From: Haliotis rufescens
Taxonomy: Eukaryota
DNA length: 64,000 nt
Assembly (NCBI RefSeq): GCF_023055435.1
Contig: NW_025963835.1
Coordinates: 33,480,001-33,544,000, forward strand
Direction of reading: 5' to 3'
Shown: positions 63,901 to 64,000 of the stretch, piece by piece
Position numbering within the stretch: position 1 is the first letter of the stretch
Layout of the letters: every line of letters starts with the position of its first letter
Program-made: the position numbers and the translations under genes
The notes under the pieces: model-generated
Database searches by the model: none
What the model saw: the letters and a program-made list of their open reading frames with translations, nothing else
Told to the model about the DNA's origin: nothing

Positions 63901-64000
63901 TGGACAACATCCGGGAATTGTAGGACTAATGTGTCAAAGCAGGACGTTGTACCAAGTTTTAAATAAACATGTTAAGTTGGCATCTTTGGATCATCCCAGT
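60965..64000. repeat. Diverged local direct duplication: about 60965-61730 versus 63373-64000 (runs off the window)
   Basis: Long shared blocks, e.g. CCAAATACAATTACCCTAGAAAATGTTTGTGAATACGACCGAGTCAT...GGAGGTACACATGGACAAC. Confidence 0.9.
62415..62680. repeat. About 16-bp GC-rich tandem repeat (GGTGGCGACTGAGGCW)
   Basis: Visible array. Confidence 0.9.

Overview
Eukaryotic, intron-rich, repeat-dense animal DNA. The repeat style suggests a mollusc, possibly a gastropod such as abalone (inference only). Three genes were reconstructed by hand from splice sites and phase. (1) + strand, 1143-23540: the 3' 11 exons of an SLC8B1/NCLX Na+(Li+)/Ca2+ exchanger, with its 5' end upstream of the window and one U12-type (minor spliceosome) intron. 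(2) - strand, 45843-31860: a complete 5-exon, 154-aa C22orf15/CXorf65-family gene with RFX X-boxes in intron 1. (3) - strand, about 54192-50153: a NOL7/NUC129-like gene fragment with an in-frame TGA, probably a pseudogene. The rest is four SINE-like families (three tRNA-headed, one with a non-tRNA structured head; mostly sharing a 3' tail), a 5'-truncated LINE inserted in a SINE, nested MITEs, about 12 minisatellite arrays, a local duplication and a 138-N gap. Nearly all ORFs in the supplied track are repeat-derived or spurious. No prokaryotic-type system (CRISPR etc.) is present.
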